Shown: positions 41,745 through 52,291 of the stretch, in pieces
How positions within the stretch are numbered: position 1 is the first letter of the stretch
Layout of the letters: the number at the start of each line of letters is the position of its first letter
Assembly (NCBI GenBank): GCA_033856175.1
Contig: JAWVFK010000018.1
Coordinates: 3,104-67,103 of the forward strand
Direction: 5' to 3'
DNA: 64,000 bases
Source of the DNA: Solirubrobacterales bacterium
GTDB taxonomy: Bacteria > Actinomycetota > Thermoleophilia > Solirubrobacterales > 70-9
The notes under the pieces: generated by a model
Databases searched by the model: none
Told to the model about the DNA's origin: nothing
The model's input: only the letters and a program-made list of their open reading frames with translations
Program-made: the position numbers and the translations under genes

Positions 41745-42626
41745 ATGTCGATTTCCTTGCCCTCAGCCGACGCCGACCAGCGTCACGATATCCGGAAGCC
41801 ACCTGCTTATCAGATACTCAAGTGGATCGGCAACAAGCAGCGCTTTGCGGCACTCATCGCAAGGAACCTGCCCGCCGAGTACGGCCGCTATATCGAGCCG
41901 TTTGTGGGGACGGGGGCCGTGCTTGCAGCGATGCAACCGGAGAAGGCGGTCGCCGGGGATACGCTCAAACCGCTGATCGATCTTTGGAAACTGGTGCAAA
42001 ATGACCCTGACGAGCTAGCCGCCCACTACAAGATCTGCTGGGAGGCCCTGCTGTCGCATGGCAAAGCAGCATTCGCCGAGATCCTAAGCCGCTACAACGC
42101 GGAACCAAACCCAGGGGATTTGCTGGCTCTCAGCCGGTCTTGTTATGGCGGGGTCGTGCGGTTCACGAAGAACGGGACAATGAGCACGCCGATGGGACCG
42201 CACCGCCCAATCGACCAGATGCGGCTTAGGGAGCATCTCTATGCGTGGCAGGAGCGCGTGTCCGAAACTAAGTTCAGATGCCAGGACTACTCGGTGAGCC
42301 TGGCAGATGCCGCGGCAGGCGATGTCGTCTATTGCGATCCTCCATACGCCTATAGCCAGGCAATCTTGTACGGGGCGCATTCGTTCGACCTCGATGCACT
42401 CTGGGCGAGCATCCAGACCACCGTTGATCGTGGCGCATTGGTGGCCGTATCGATCAATGGCCACCGTAGAAATGGAAAGCTCAAGCTATCTACCCCAATC
42501 CCCGACGGGATCTTTCAGCGGGAGATGCTTATCGAGCGAGGGGGTTGCATGCTCCGGCGCTTCCAGCTAGCGGGCAAGACAGTCGCAGGTGAGCACGTAA
42601 CGGATCGTCTGCTCTTTAGCTGGTAG
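41745..42626 (+). CDS. Dam-type (D12 class) N6-adenine DNA methyltransferase
   Basis: ILKWIGNKQ (K-W-x-G-x-K), motif I EPFVGTGAV, motif IV DPPY (VYCDPPYAY); 293 aa. Confidence 0.88.
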   Translation: MSISLPSADADQRHDIRKPPAYQILKWIGNKQRFAALIARNLPAEYGRYIEPFVGTGAVLAAMQPEKAVAGDTLKPLIDLWKLVQNDPDELAAHYKICWEALLSHGKAAFAEILSRYNAEPNPGDLLALSRSCYGGVVRFTKNGTMSTPMGPHRPIDQMRLREHLYAWQERVSETKFRCQDYSVSLADAAAGDVVYCDPPYAYSQAILYGAHSFDLDALWASIQTTVDRGALVAVSINGHRRNGKLKLSTPIPDGIFQREMLIERGGCMLRRFQLAGKTVAGEHVTDRLLFSW

Positions 42627-42816
42627 CCACCGCGACGCCCGGGCGCTTTTGGAGGGCGACCGGGGCTCTGTACAGGTCTTGCGGCGATCATCGAGTACAC
42701 CCTCGGCCCCGCGTTGCGTGAGGCTGAAGACTTATGCCCGTACCGGGCCGTCGCGGCCTTTGCCGGGGTTACAGCTTGCAAGGTGAGTACGGCGGCTGAG
42801 CCGGTCGGTCTCGTAC

Positions 42817-43983
42817 CTACCGATTGCCCTTGGCGCGGTTGTGTGTCACGCACAGCATCTCGCAGTTGGCGAGATCCGTGTCTCCGCCCTTCGACCAGGC
42901 CGTCACGTGGTCGGCGTCCATCTCGTCCTGCTTGTAGATACGCGTCTTGTTGGCGCTGTCACTGATGGCGCATAGCGGGCAGTTCGACCCGCCGTCGACC
43001 GTCGCCTTCTGAGTCTGCTGCTCGTAGGCAGCCCGCTTCGTGTTGTCGTCGAACAGCCGGACCGCCAGCAGCTGCTTGTCCTTCTTGCCGCCGAGCAGGT
43101 ACTCGTAGATCCCCTTGATGCTGATCACCGCCGGGTCAGCACGAAGCGTATCGACGTCGGCGTCGATCGCCGCCGCGTTGTACGAGGTCGAGTGGTACGT
43201 CTCGTACAGCCGTCCCCACTCCAGCCCCCGCATCTCTCTGTCGGGTGGGCGCGTGAAGACACTGCCGATCCAGTCGATGACTGAGGTGAAGTACGTCTTC
43301 AGGCCGGCGATGTCGCCATCCTGGCGGTGCTGCGCGAGGTAGGCGTCGACGCTCGCCCCCTGGGAGGCCGAGGCCCAATTCAGCGCAACCTCCAAGACCT
43401 CCTGCCGTTTGGGGTCGCCCTTGATGTAGGAGGACCACTTCTGCATGTTTGCGTTCTGCGAATTGCTGAATTCGGCCTTTGCCTTCGTGATGAACGGCCC
43501 GGAGTAGATCGCGTTGAGCACTTCCTGACGGTTCAACGGAATCCCCGCGATGTTAATCGTCTGGAACCAGTCCTTGATCTCTTTCTCGTCGCCCCGGCAG
43601 TGCCATACGAGCAACTTGCTTTCCATGAGCTTCTGCTGCACCTCTCTCGGTAGTGACGAGAACGTTTGCTCCTTGCCATCGACGCGGATCGCAAACTTGC
43701 CGGTGACAAACCGCCCGATGCTCGTGATTCTTTGCTGACCGTCAAGGACCTCCAGACGGTCGCCGACGACGTTGAAGTAGATCAGGCCGATCGGGTAGCC
43801 TTTGAGCAGCGACTCGATTACGGAGACATCCCTCCTTCCGTCGTTGTAAATGTAATTGCGCTGGTACTCGGGCTGGATCACGAGCTTGCCGGCCAGACCG
43901 AATAGCCCCTTGCCCTCGAGCTCGTTGTAAACGAACCCCTCGACAATCTTCTCGACCGTGTAGGGGTGGAGGTCCGTCTTCAC
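42817..43983 (-). CDS. DUF262 (GmrSD N-domain/ParB-like NTPase) - HNH endonuclease fusion
   Basis: [11 protein letters not shown] and DGQQR are DUF262 signatures. The C-terminal [28 protein letters not shown] is an HNH with a Cys pair. The GTG start overlaps the upstream MTase stop (GTGA). Confidence 0.82.
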   Translation of the reverse strand: MKTDLHPYTVEKIVEGFVYNELEGKGLFGLAGKLVIQPEYQRNYIYNDGRRDVSVIESLLKGYPIGLIYFNVVGDRLEVLDGQQRITSIGRFVTGKFAIRVDGKEQTFSSLPREVQQKLMESKLLVWHCRGDEKEIKDWFQTINIAGIPLNRQEVLNAIYSGPFITKAKAEFSNSQNANMQKWSSYIKGDPKRQEVLEVALNWASASQGASVDAYLAQHRQDGDIAGLKTYFTSVIDWIGSVFTRPPDREMRGLEWGRLYETYHSTSYNAAAIDADVDTLRADPAVISIKGIYEYLLGGKKDKQLLAVRLFDDNTKRAAYEQQTQKATVDGGSNCPLCAISDSANKTRIYKQDEMDADHVTAWSKGGDTDLANCEMLCVTHNRAKGNR

Positions 43984-45281
43984 GAAGCGCCCCTCCGACG
44001 GATGAACAGCCGCTGGTAAGCAGATTGGATCACGTGGCCTTTATCGTTGATGAAGTAGTTCTTCTTACCGTCATTCATGGCAAGGTTCGCGTTCTCGTTG
44101 GTCTTGCTCCCCGACGAACCAGTTGGCGTGCCGTCCTGGCGCATTTCCCGGTAGTCATCGTACTTTTTGAAATCCGGAACTTCATCGTGACATCCGCGCT
44201 GGGTCGCTCCGAGGATCTCGAACTGGTCGGGATCATGCTTATTTAGGAAGGTAATCGGCACGCCAATGATCCCGTCGTAGTCGCTGGGAATCGCGTCGCT
44301 GAACGGAACTTCTATGGCGTCATAGTTGTCATACGCCCTGTACCCGATACCCCGAACCTCCTTGTGCTTGGAGAATTTCTTGTTGTCGGCCATCGACATG
44401 AGCTGGAGCGGTTCGTGTCGACGGCCGTGGTCAATGTTGGTAAACCACTGGACGCCGGAAACCCGAATCATGCCCTCGCGCCGGTCGGTTGCGGCCGCCG
44501 TGTCCTCATAGGGACTCCCAAAATGGGTCGCATTTCCTGGGAACCCCTTGCCAAGCCACATCCGGCTCTGCTGGATGAGGGGGAAGATGTCTGAATACGT
44601 GATTGCGTTCTGATGGCCAATAATTGCGAACTTTGCACCGCCCTGAATGATCCACTCGACGAAGTGCCGGAAGAGGCTGAACGGAGGGTTGGTGGTGACG
44701 ATATCGGCCTCGTCCCGCAGTGCTGTCACTTCCTCGCTACGAAAGTCGCCGTCACCTTCGAGGTAGTCCCACCGGAGGTCGTCGATGTTGATGACCTCGT
44801 CGTCATTCATGTCCTTCCTCTCCAAGACGAACTTCTTGCCGTTAGTCCGTGTCTTGGTGGCGTCGAACTTTGCGTCCTCTGTCTCAAACAGCGTTGGCGC
44901 GTAAAACTCCCCAGCCGGGTGGCTGTCGGGCGCATATGACGTCGAGATCAGTTTCTTGAGCCCGAAGTTTGTGAAGTGGAGCGCGAAGAACTTGGTGAAG
45001 TTGCTCCACTCCGGATCGTCGCACGGCAGCAGGATCACCTTGTCACGAAAAACAGCCGGGTCGTATTCAATGTAGGCGTTCATCTCGCGCTCGACGTCAG
45101 CCCACTGGGTGTAGAACTCGTCCTTCCTGGCAGCCTTCGCCGCGTTTAAGCGGCGCCCCTTACCCTCGCTTGCTGTCGTGGAATGCACGCGCCCGACGAT
45201 AGTGGAACGGGGGGACGTGATCGGCAGGTTCTGCAGGGAGCATTGCTGCACGCTCTTATGGCCGAGCGTGCACGCACTCAC
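43980..45281 (-). CDS. N6-adenine DNA methyltransferase, EcoRI-methylase-like
   Basis: KDEFYTQ near the N-terminus and catalytic TNPPF ([11 protein letters not shown]). Lowest GC of the window. The true start may be downstream of ATG 45281 (for example the in-frame GTG near 45187). Confidence 0.75.
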   Translation of the reverse strand: MSACTLGHKSVQQCSLQNLPITSPRSTIVGRVHSTTASEGKGRRLNAAKAARKDEFYTQWADVEREMNAYIEYDPAVFRDKVILLPCDDPEWSNFTKFFALHFTNFGLKKLISTSYAPDSHPAGEFYAPTLFETEDAKFDATKTRTNGKKFVLERKDMNDDEVINIDDLRWDYLEGDGDFRSEEVTALRDEADIVTTNPPFSLFRHFVEWIIQGGAKFAIIGHQNAITYSDIFPLIQQSRMWLGKGFPGNATHFGSPYEDTAAATDRREGMIRVSGVQWFTNIDHGRRHEPLQLMSMADNKKFSKHKEVRGIGYRAYDNYDAIEVPFSDAIPSDYDGIIGVPITFLNKHDPDQFEILGATQRGCHDEVPDFKKYDDYREMRQDGTPTGSSGSKTNENANLAMNDGKKNYFINDKGHVIQSAYQRLFIRRRGAS

Positions 45282-45483
45282 TGCTCGAAGCTGCGTCTGA
45301 TCAGCGGTCAGAAGTCGACGTCGCCGGCCGAACCGAGTGGACGGCCGAAGTCGGACCGCCCCTCCAGCAAGCCGATTTCCTCAACCTCAGCGAGGCGTCG
45401 CCGGTTGGTCACGCCCTCTGCCGACTCTCGTCAGGCGGCTCCGCCGAAATCGGAGACCTCGCGTTGAGTTCGTTGCTCGCCTC

Positions 45484-47600
<2,117 letters not shown>

Positions 47601-47633
47601 GAACTCCTCCGCGGGGGTCGTTCGCGCCGGCAT

Positions 47634-47720
47634 CCCTGCGCCGGCATTACCCGGATCAGGTTCAGACGGTCGGCGGCGACCCAGCCGCCCTCTCAGCCCG
47701 TCGCTCGGGCTCCCGTTTAC
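47634..47720 (-). promoter_or_regulatory. TPP (THI-box) riboswitch upstream of thiO-thiSG
   Basis: Minus-strand read: cgggagcccgagcgacgggCUGAGAgggcggcugggucgccgccgACCGUCUGAACCUGAUCCGGGUAAUGCCGGCGCAGGGA. It matches the conserved CUGAGA and ACCUGAUCnGGnUAAUnCCnGCG..GGGA cores. Confidence 0.85.
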
Positions 47721-47729
47721 TGTTAGGCC

Positions 47730-48425
47730 ATGGTAGCCGCAGCTCGACCACGGCGAGACATGTCGCGCTCGAGTGGGGCCGGCGGCCGCCGCCGCGAGCT
47801 GCTCGCCCAAGCCCACCTCTACTTCGTCTGCGAGGCGCTGCCGGGCGGCGAGGACCCCGAGCCGCTGCTGCGGGCGACGCTCGGCGCCGGCGCACAGATC
47901 GTCCAGCTGCGCGACAAGGCGGCCGGCGAGGAGCTCCTCGAGCGCTCGGGCGCTACGTTCGCGCGCCTGGCCGCCGAGCACGACGCGCTCTTCATCGTCA
48001 ACGACAGCCCCGCCCTGGCTCGCGCGCTCGGCGCCGACGGCGTCCACCTCGGCCAGGACGATGGCGAGCTCGCCGCGGCCCGCGAGCTGCTCGGGCCCGA
48101 GGCGATCATCGGCGTGTCCACTCACTCCCCCGCCCAGCTTGCCGAGGCCGCGAGGACTGGCGTCGCCGACTACGCCAGCATCGGCCCGGTCTGGGAGACG
48201 CCGACGAAGGCCGGCAGGCCCGCTGTTGGACTCGACCTCGTTCGCCACGCGGCGGCGACCGCCGACCTGCCCTTCTTCGCGATCGGCGGCATCGACACGG
48301 GCAACGTCGGCGACGTGCTCGATGCCGGTGCGACTCGGATCGCCGTCGTCCGCGCCGTCCGCGACGCCACCGATCCGGCGGCCGTGGCGCGCGAGCTGCG
48401 CCAAGCTCTCAGCGTGCGCGGCTGA
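47730..48425 (+). CDS. thiE: thiamine-phosphate synthase
   Basis: HLYFVCE.., QLRDK, FIVND, GVHLGQDD, IGVSTH, GPVWETPTK, FAIGGI. ATG 47760 is an alternative start. Confidence 0.9.
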   Translation: MVAAARPRRDMSRSSGAGGRRRELLAQAHLYFVCEALPGGEDPEPLLRATLGAGAQIVQLRDKAAGEELLERSGATFARLAAEHDALFIVNDSPALARALGADGVHLGQDDGELAAARELLGPEAIIGVSTHSPAQLAEAARTGVADYASIGPVWETPTKAGRPAVGLDLVRHAAATADLPFFAIGGIDTGNVGDVLDAGATRIAVVRAVRDATDPAAVARELRQALSVRG

Positions 48426-48988
48426 TGGGCAGTCGCGAGCGCAAGCGCGCCGAGCGGCACAAGCGCAAGACGCGCCGCGATCCGGACGCGCCGGCCGCAC
48501 CCGGCGGCGACAACGGCGACGAGGAGGCGGCCGCAGCCGGTCCTCCGCAGCCTCCCAGCCGCTCCGAGCTCAAGAACGAGGCGGCGCGCGAAGCGCTCGT
48601 TCCCCTCGCCCAAGGGGAGCGGCCGCGGGTGGTGACGATCGGCGCCGTGCTCTCAGCGTGCATCGCGGTCTCGGTCGTCGGCGCCTACGCCTTCGGGCTG
48701 ACCGTCGACGGCAAGCACCCGCCCGTCGTCCAGATCCTCGTCCCCACCCTGCTGATGGGAATGATGGCCTACGGGATGTGGCGGGCGCGCTACTGGGCCG
48801 TCCTCGGCTTCCAGGTCCTGCTCGTCTTCCTGATCCTCAGCGCAGCGCTCGGCCTGACCCGGGCCACGAGCACCACCCAGGCCGCGGCCACCGGCCTGTT
48901 GCTGCTGGGCGCCGGGGCGCTCTTCTACTTCATGGTCAGGGCGATGGCGCGGATCCAGATGCCCGAGCGCTTGCCGCGCGATCGATGA
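48425..48988 (+). CDS. hypothetical membrane protein with basic N-terminus
   Basis: ATG 48425 shares a base with the thiE TGA. MGSRERKRAERHKRKTRRD.., then three or four TM helices (VVTIGAVLSACIAVSVVGAYAF, ILVPTLLMGMMAYGMW, VLGFQVLLVFLILSAAL, LLLLGAGALFYFMV). It is embedded in the longer artefactual ORF 47150..48988. Confidence 0.65.
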   Translation: MGSRERKRAERHKRKTRRDPDAPAAPGGDNGDEEAAAAGPPQPPSRSELKNEAAREALVPLAQGERPRVVTIGAVLSACIAVSVVGAYAFGLTVDGKHPPVVQILVPTLLMGMMAYGMWRARYWAVLGFQVLLVFLILSAALGLTRATSTTQAAATGLLLLGAGALFYFMVRAMARIQMPERLPRDR

Positions 48989-49030
48989 GCGCCGAGCGGC
49001 CAGACCTTTCTGGATAGGCTTGCTCGACCG

Positions 49031-50398
49031 ATGGCTTCCTTCGACGTGATCGTGATCGGCGGCGGCCCTGGCGGCTACGTTGCGGCGATCAGGGCGGCCC
49101 AGCTCGGCCAGAAGACCGCCGTCATCGAGCGTGACGTGCCGGGCGGCCGCTGCCTCAACTACGCCTGCATCCCGGCGAAGACGGTCCTCCACACCGCCGA
49201 GGTCTACGCCCAGGCGGTCAATGACGCTGCCGGGCTCGGCGTCAAGATCGAGGGCGTCAGCATCGACTGGCCGGCGGTGCAGAAGCGCCGTGAGACGGTG
49301 CGCAAGTCGCTTACCGGCGGCGTCAAGCTGCTCTGGGACAAGAACAAGGTCGAGATGATCGCCGGCGAGGCCTCGCTCACCGCCGACGGCAAGGTCAAGG
49401 TCGGCGGCGACAGCCACGAGGCCAAGGCGATCGTGCTGGCCACCGGCTCGGTGGCGCTGCCGATCCCCGGCGTCGAGTTCGGCGGCCGCGTCCTCGACAC
49501 CTGGGGAGCCTGGTCGCTGAAGGAGATGCCCTCGTCGCTCGCCGTCGTCGGCGCCGGCGCCTCGGGCGCCGAGATCGCCTCCGCCTACGGCCGCTTCGGC
49601 GTCGACGTGACGCTGATCGAGATGCTCGACCAGCTGCTGCCGGCCGAGGACAAGGACTGCGCCCGGGTGGTCGAGCGGGCCTTCAAGAAGCAAAACATCG
49701 AGCTCAAGCTCGGCACCAAGGTCGAGGAGGTCAGCGCCGGCAAGTCCTCTGTCAAGTTCAAGGCGGGCGGCGAGGAGCTCGAGGTCGATCACCTCGTCAT
49801 CGCCGGCGGCCGCGCCCCCGACACCGCGGCGCTCAACCTCGAGGAGGCCGGGATCGCCACCGAGGACGGCGGCCGGATCAAGGTCGACGACTACCAGCGG
49901 ACCTCGAAGGAGGGCATCTTCGCGATCGGCGACCTCGTCCGCGGCCCGGCGCTCGCCCACAAGGCCTCCGAGGAGGGCGTTGTCGCCGTCGAGACCGCGG
50001 CCGGCGCCGAGACCCACCCGATCGACGTCGCCGGCATTCCCGGGGCGACCTTCTGCCATCCCCAGGTCGCCAGCGTCGGCCTGACTGAGGCCCAGGCGAA
50101 GGAGACCGGCCGCGAGATCAAGGTCGGCAAGTTCAAGATCGGCGGCGTCGGCGCGGCGACCGTCTACGACGACCGCGACGGCCTCGTCAAGATCGTCGCC
50201 GACGCCGAGTACGGCGAGATCCTCGGCGCCCACATCGTCGGCAACCGCGCCTGCGACATGATCGCCGAGCTGGTCGATACCCGCGCCCTCGAAGGCGGCT
50301 ACCAGGAGCTGGCACGAATCGTCCACCCCCACCCGACGATCTCCGAAGCGATCCTCGACGCCGCCCGCGCCGTCGACGGCTGGGCGACTCACGCCTGA
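49031..50398 (+). CDS. lpd: dihydrolipoyl dehydrogenase (E3)
   Basis: DVIVIGGGPGGY, redox-active CLNYAC, and C-terminal HPHPTISE; 455 aa. Confidence 0.95.
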   Translation: MASFDVIVIGGGPGGYVAAIRAAQLGQKTAVIERDVPGGRCLNYACIPAKTVLHTAEVYAQAVNDAAGLGVKIEGVSIDWPAVQKRRETVRKSLTGGVKLLWDKNKVEMIAGEASLTADGKVKVGGDSHEAKAIVLATGSVALPIPGVEFGGRVLDTWGAWSLKEMPSSLAVVGAGASGAEIASAYGRFGVDVTLIEMLDQLLPAEDKDCARVVERAFKKQNIELKLGTKVEEVSAGKSSVKFKAGGEELEVDHLVIAGGRAPDTAALNLEEAGIATEDGGRIKVDDYQRTSKEGIFAIGDLVRGPALAHKASEEGVVAVETAAGAETHPIDVAGIPGATFCHPQVASVGLTEAQAKETGREIKVGKFKIGGVGAATVYDDRDGLVKIVADAEYGEILGAHIVGNRACDMIAELVDTRALEGGYQELARIVHPHPTISEAILDAARAVDGWATHA

Positions 50399-50401
50399 CC
50401 G

Positions 50402-51019
50402 TTGCAGCCAGTCTTCTACTACGACCTCAGCTCTCCCTACTCGTACCTGGCCGCCGAGCGCATCAACTCGCTCTTCGACGAGCCGCCGCGCTGGCAGCCG
50501 ATCTCCTTCGGCTTCCTGCTGAGGGCGACGGCCAAGGTCCCCTGGTCGCTGCGCCCAGGTCACGAGGCCGACATGCGCGAGATCGAGCGCCGCGCCGCCG
50601 AGCGCGGCATGCAGCCGCTGCGCTGGCCCGAGTTCTGGCTTCGCGACCCCGGCGATAACCCCGCCGAGGCGCCGGTCGCCACCTCCTACAGCCTCGCGGC
50701 GGCCAGGGCCGCGATCTTCGCCCAGCAGTCGGGCCGCGTCGTCGCCTTCTCGCTCGCCGCCTTTCGCCAGGCCTTCGCCGCCGGCCGCGACCTCAGCGAC
50801 CTCGACAACGTCATCCTCGCCGCCGCCGCCTGCGAGCTGCACCCGAAGGCGGTGCTGAAGGGGATCGAGACCCGCGCCGTCAAAGACCGGCTGCGCGAGG
50901 CGACCGAGGAGGCGATCGACCGCGGCGTCACCGGCATCCCCACCATCGCCGTCGGCGAACGGCTCTTCTGGGGCGACGACCGGCTCGAGGAAGCGGCACA
51001 GGCGGCGGCCGCAAACTAG
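50402..51019 (+). CDS. DsbA-fold 2-hydroxychromene-2-carboxylate isomerase family protein
   Basis: FYYDLSSPYSYLA N-terminus (Ser in place of CxxC) and C-terminal GVTGIPTIAVGERLFWGDDRL are typical of the HCCA isomerase/DsbA-like family. TTG start. Confidence 0.75.
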   Translation: MQPVFYYDLSSPYSYLAAERINSLFDEPPRWQPISFGFLLRATAKVPWSLRPGHEADMREIERRAAERGMQPLRWPEFWLRDPGDNPAEAPVATSYSLAAARAAIFAQQSGRVVAFSLAAFRQAFAAGRDLSDLDNVILAAAACELHPKAVLKGIETRAVKDRLREATEEAIDRGVTGIPTIAVGERLFWGDDRLEEAAQAAAAN

Positions 51020-51054
51020 TCTGAACAGATCGACGAGCGCGAGGCCCTCTGAAC

Positions 51055-52278
51055 ATGGCAGCCACCTCCAGAGCCAGGACTAAGTCCAAGCCGAAGGCCT
51101 CGACCGGCGGCGGCTCCGGGGGCAAGGGCGGCGGCCTGCCGGATGCCAAGACCTCACGCGAGCTGCTGGCGACGATGGCGCTGATCCGGCGCTTCGAGGA
51201 AGAGGCCGGGCGCCAGTACCAGAAGGCCAAGGCCGGCGGCTTCCTTCACCTCGCGATCGGTGAGGAGGCGACGATCGTCGGCACGACCTCGGTGATGCGC
51301 GAGGACGACTACCTGATCGGCACCTACCGCACCCACGGCCACGCGATAGCCCGCGGAACCGACCCCAAGAACGTGATGGCGGAGCTGTTCGGCCGCGTCG
51401 ACGGCACCTCGCGCGGCCGCGGCGGCTCGATGCACATCTTCGATGCCAAGCGGCGCTTCATGGGCGGCTACGGAATCGTCGGTGGCAACCTGCCGCTGGC
51501 GGCGGGCTTCGGCCTCGCCTCCGACTACCTCGGCGAGGACGCCGTCACGGTCTGCATGTTCGGCGATGGCGCCTCCAACACGGGCAACTTCGGCGAGACG
51601 ATGAACCTGGCGGCGCTGTGGAAGCTGCCGGTGGTCTTCGTCGTCGAGAACAACCTCTACGGGATGGGCACCTCGATCGAGCGCCACTCCGCCGTTACCG
51701 ACCTCTCGCGCAAGGCCGAGGGCCACGGCATCCCCGGCGAGCGGGCCGACGGCATGGACGTGATCGCCGTCCGCGACGCGGTCACCGACCACATCCGCCA
51801 GGCGCGGGAGGACCGCCGGCCGACGCTGCTGGAAGTCGTCACCTACCGCTTCCGCGGCCACTCCGCCGCCGACCCCGAGGTCTATCGCGAGAAGAAGGAG
51901 GTCGAGGAGTGGCGCAAGAAGGACCCGATCGAGGCCTTCGCCCAGCGGCTGATCGAGGCCGGAGCGATCGAGGAATCTGACCTCGAGGCGATCCGCGAGG
52001 AGGCCGAAAAGACGGTGCTGGCGGCGGTCGAGTTCGCCGACGCCTCGCCCGAGCCGCCGCTGGAGACCCTCTACGAGAACCTCTACGTGCTCGACGACAC
52101 GGCGGCGTGGTACGCGGTCGACGAGCGCAGCCCCGAGCCCCATCCCGGGGAGCGCGAGCACGAGGCCGGCGCCGAGGCGCAGAAGCTCGCCGAGGCCGGC
52201 GCCGCCTACGCCGGCCAAACCCCGGCGCCGAAGCGTTCCGCCGAAGAGCAGGCCTCCGCGCCCGAGCAGGCGGGCTAG
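51055..52278 (+). CDS. pdhA: 2-oxoacid dehydrogenase E1 alpha subunit (PDH/BCKDH type, TPP-binding)
   Basis: LIRRFEE..GFLHLAIGEEA..YRTHGH..GDGASNTGNF..ENNLYGMGT (TPP motif GDG-x-N). Substrate specificity cannot be told from the sequence. Confidence 0.88.
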   Translation: MAATSRARTKSKPKASTGGGSGGKGGGLPDAKTSRELLATMALIRRFEEEAGRQYQKAKAGGFLHLAIGEEATIVGTTSVMREDDYLIGTYRTHGHAIARGTDPKNVMAELFGRVDGTSRGRGGSMHIFDAKRRFMGGYGIVGGNLPLAAGFGLASDYLGEDAVTVCMFGDGASNTGNFGETMNLAALWKLPVVFVVENNLYGMGTSIERHSAVTDLSRKAEGHGIPGERADGMDVIAVRDAVTDHIRQAREDRRPTLLEVVTYRFRGHSAADPEVYREKKEVEEWRKKDPIEAFAQRLIEAGAIEESDLEAIREEAEKTVLAAVEFADASPEPPLETLYENLYVLDDTAAWYAVDERSPEPHPGEREHEAGAEAQKLAEAGAAYAGQTPAPKRSAEEQASAPEQAG

Positions 52279-52291
52279 GCGAGGTGGCGCG

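Larger units (their letters stand above)
34825..45483. mobile_element. putative horizontally acquired genomic (defence) island adjoining tRNA-Lys; no integrase seen
   Basis: Starts immediately 3' of tRNA-Lys. My 60-nt spot counts give 47% GC (44001-44060), 55% (40201-40260) and 57% (37081-37140), against 72% (46001-46060) in the adjacent thi genes. Gene content is restriction/regulator-type and interrupts housekeeping context. Confidence 0.55.

Noticed and set aside
45399-45406. Possible attR: a copy of the tRNA-Lys 3' end at the far border of the island
   Set aside because: Only an 8-nt match (cgccggtt) to the T-arm region was found by eye, and the flanks diverge immediately. That is not enough to call a direct repeat.
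47601-48500. Upstream extension of the thiO ORF (ORF-track start 48500), and the 612-aa ORF 47150..48988
   Set aside because: Both run through the TPP riboswitch and the thiE gene, in antisense or out of frame, with low-complexity translation. Only the last 187 codons of 47150..48988 (from ATG 48425) look like a real membrane protein.
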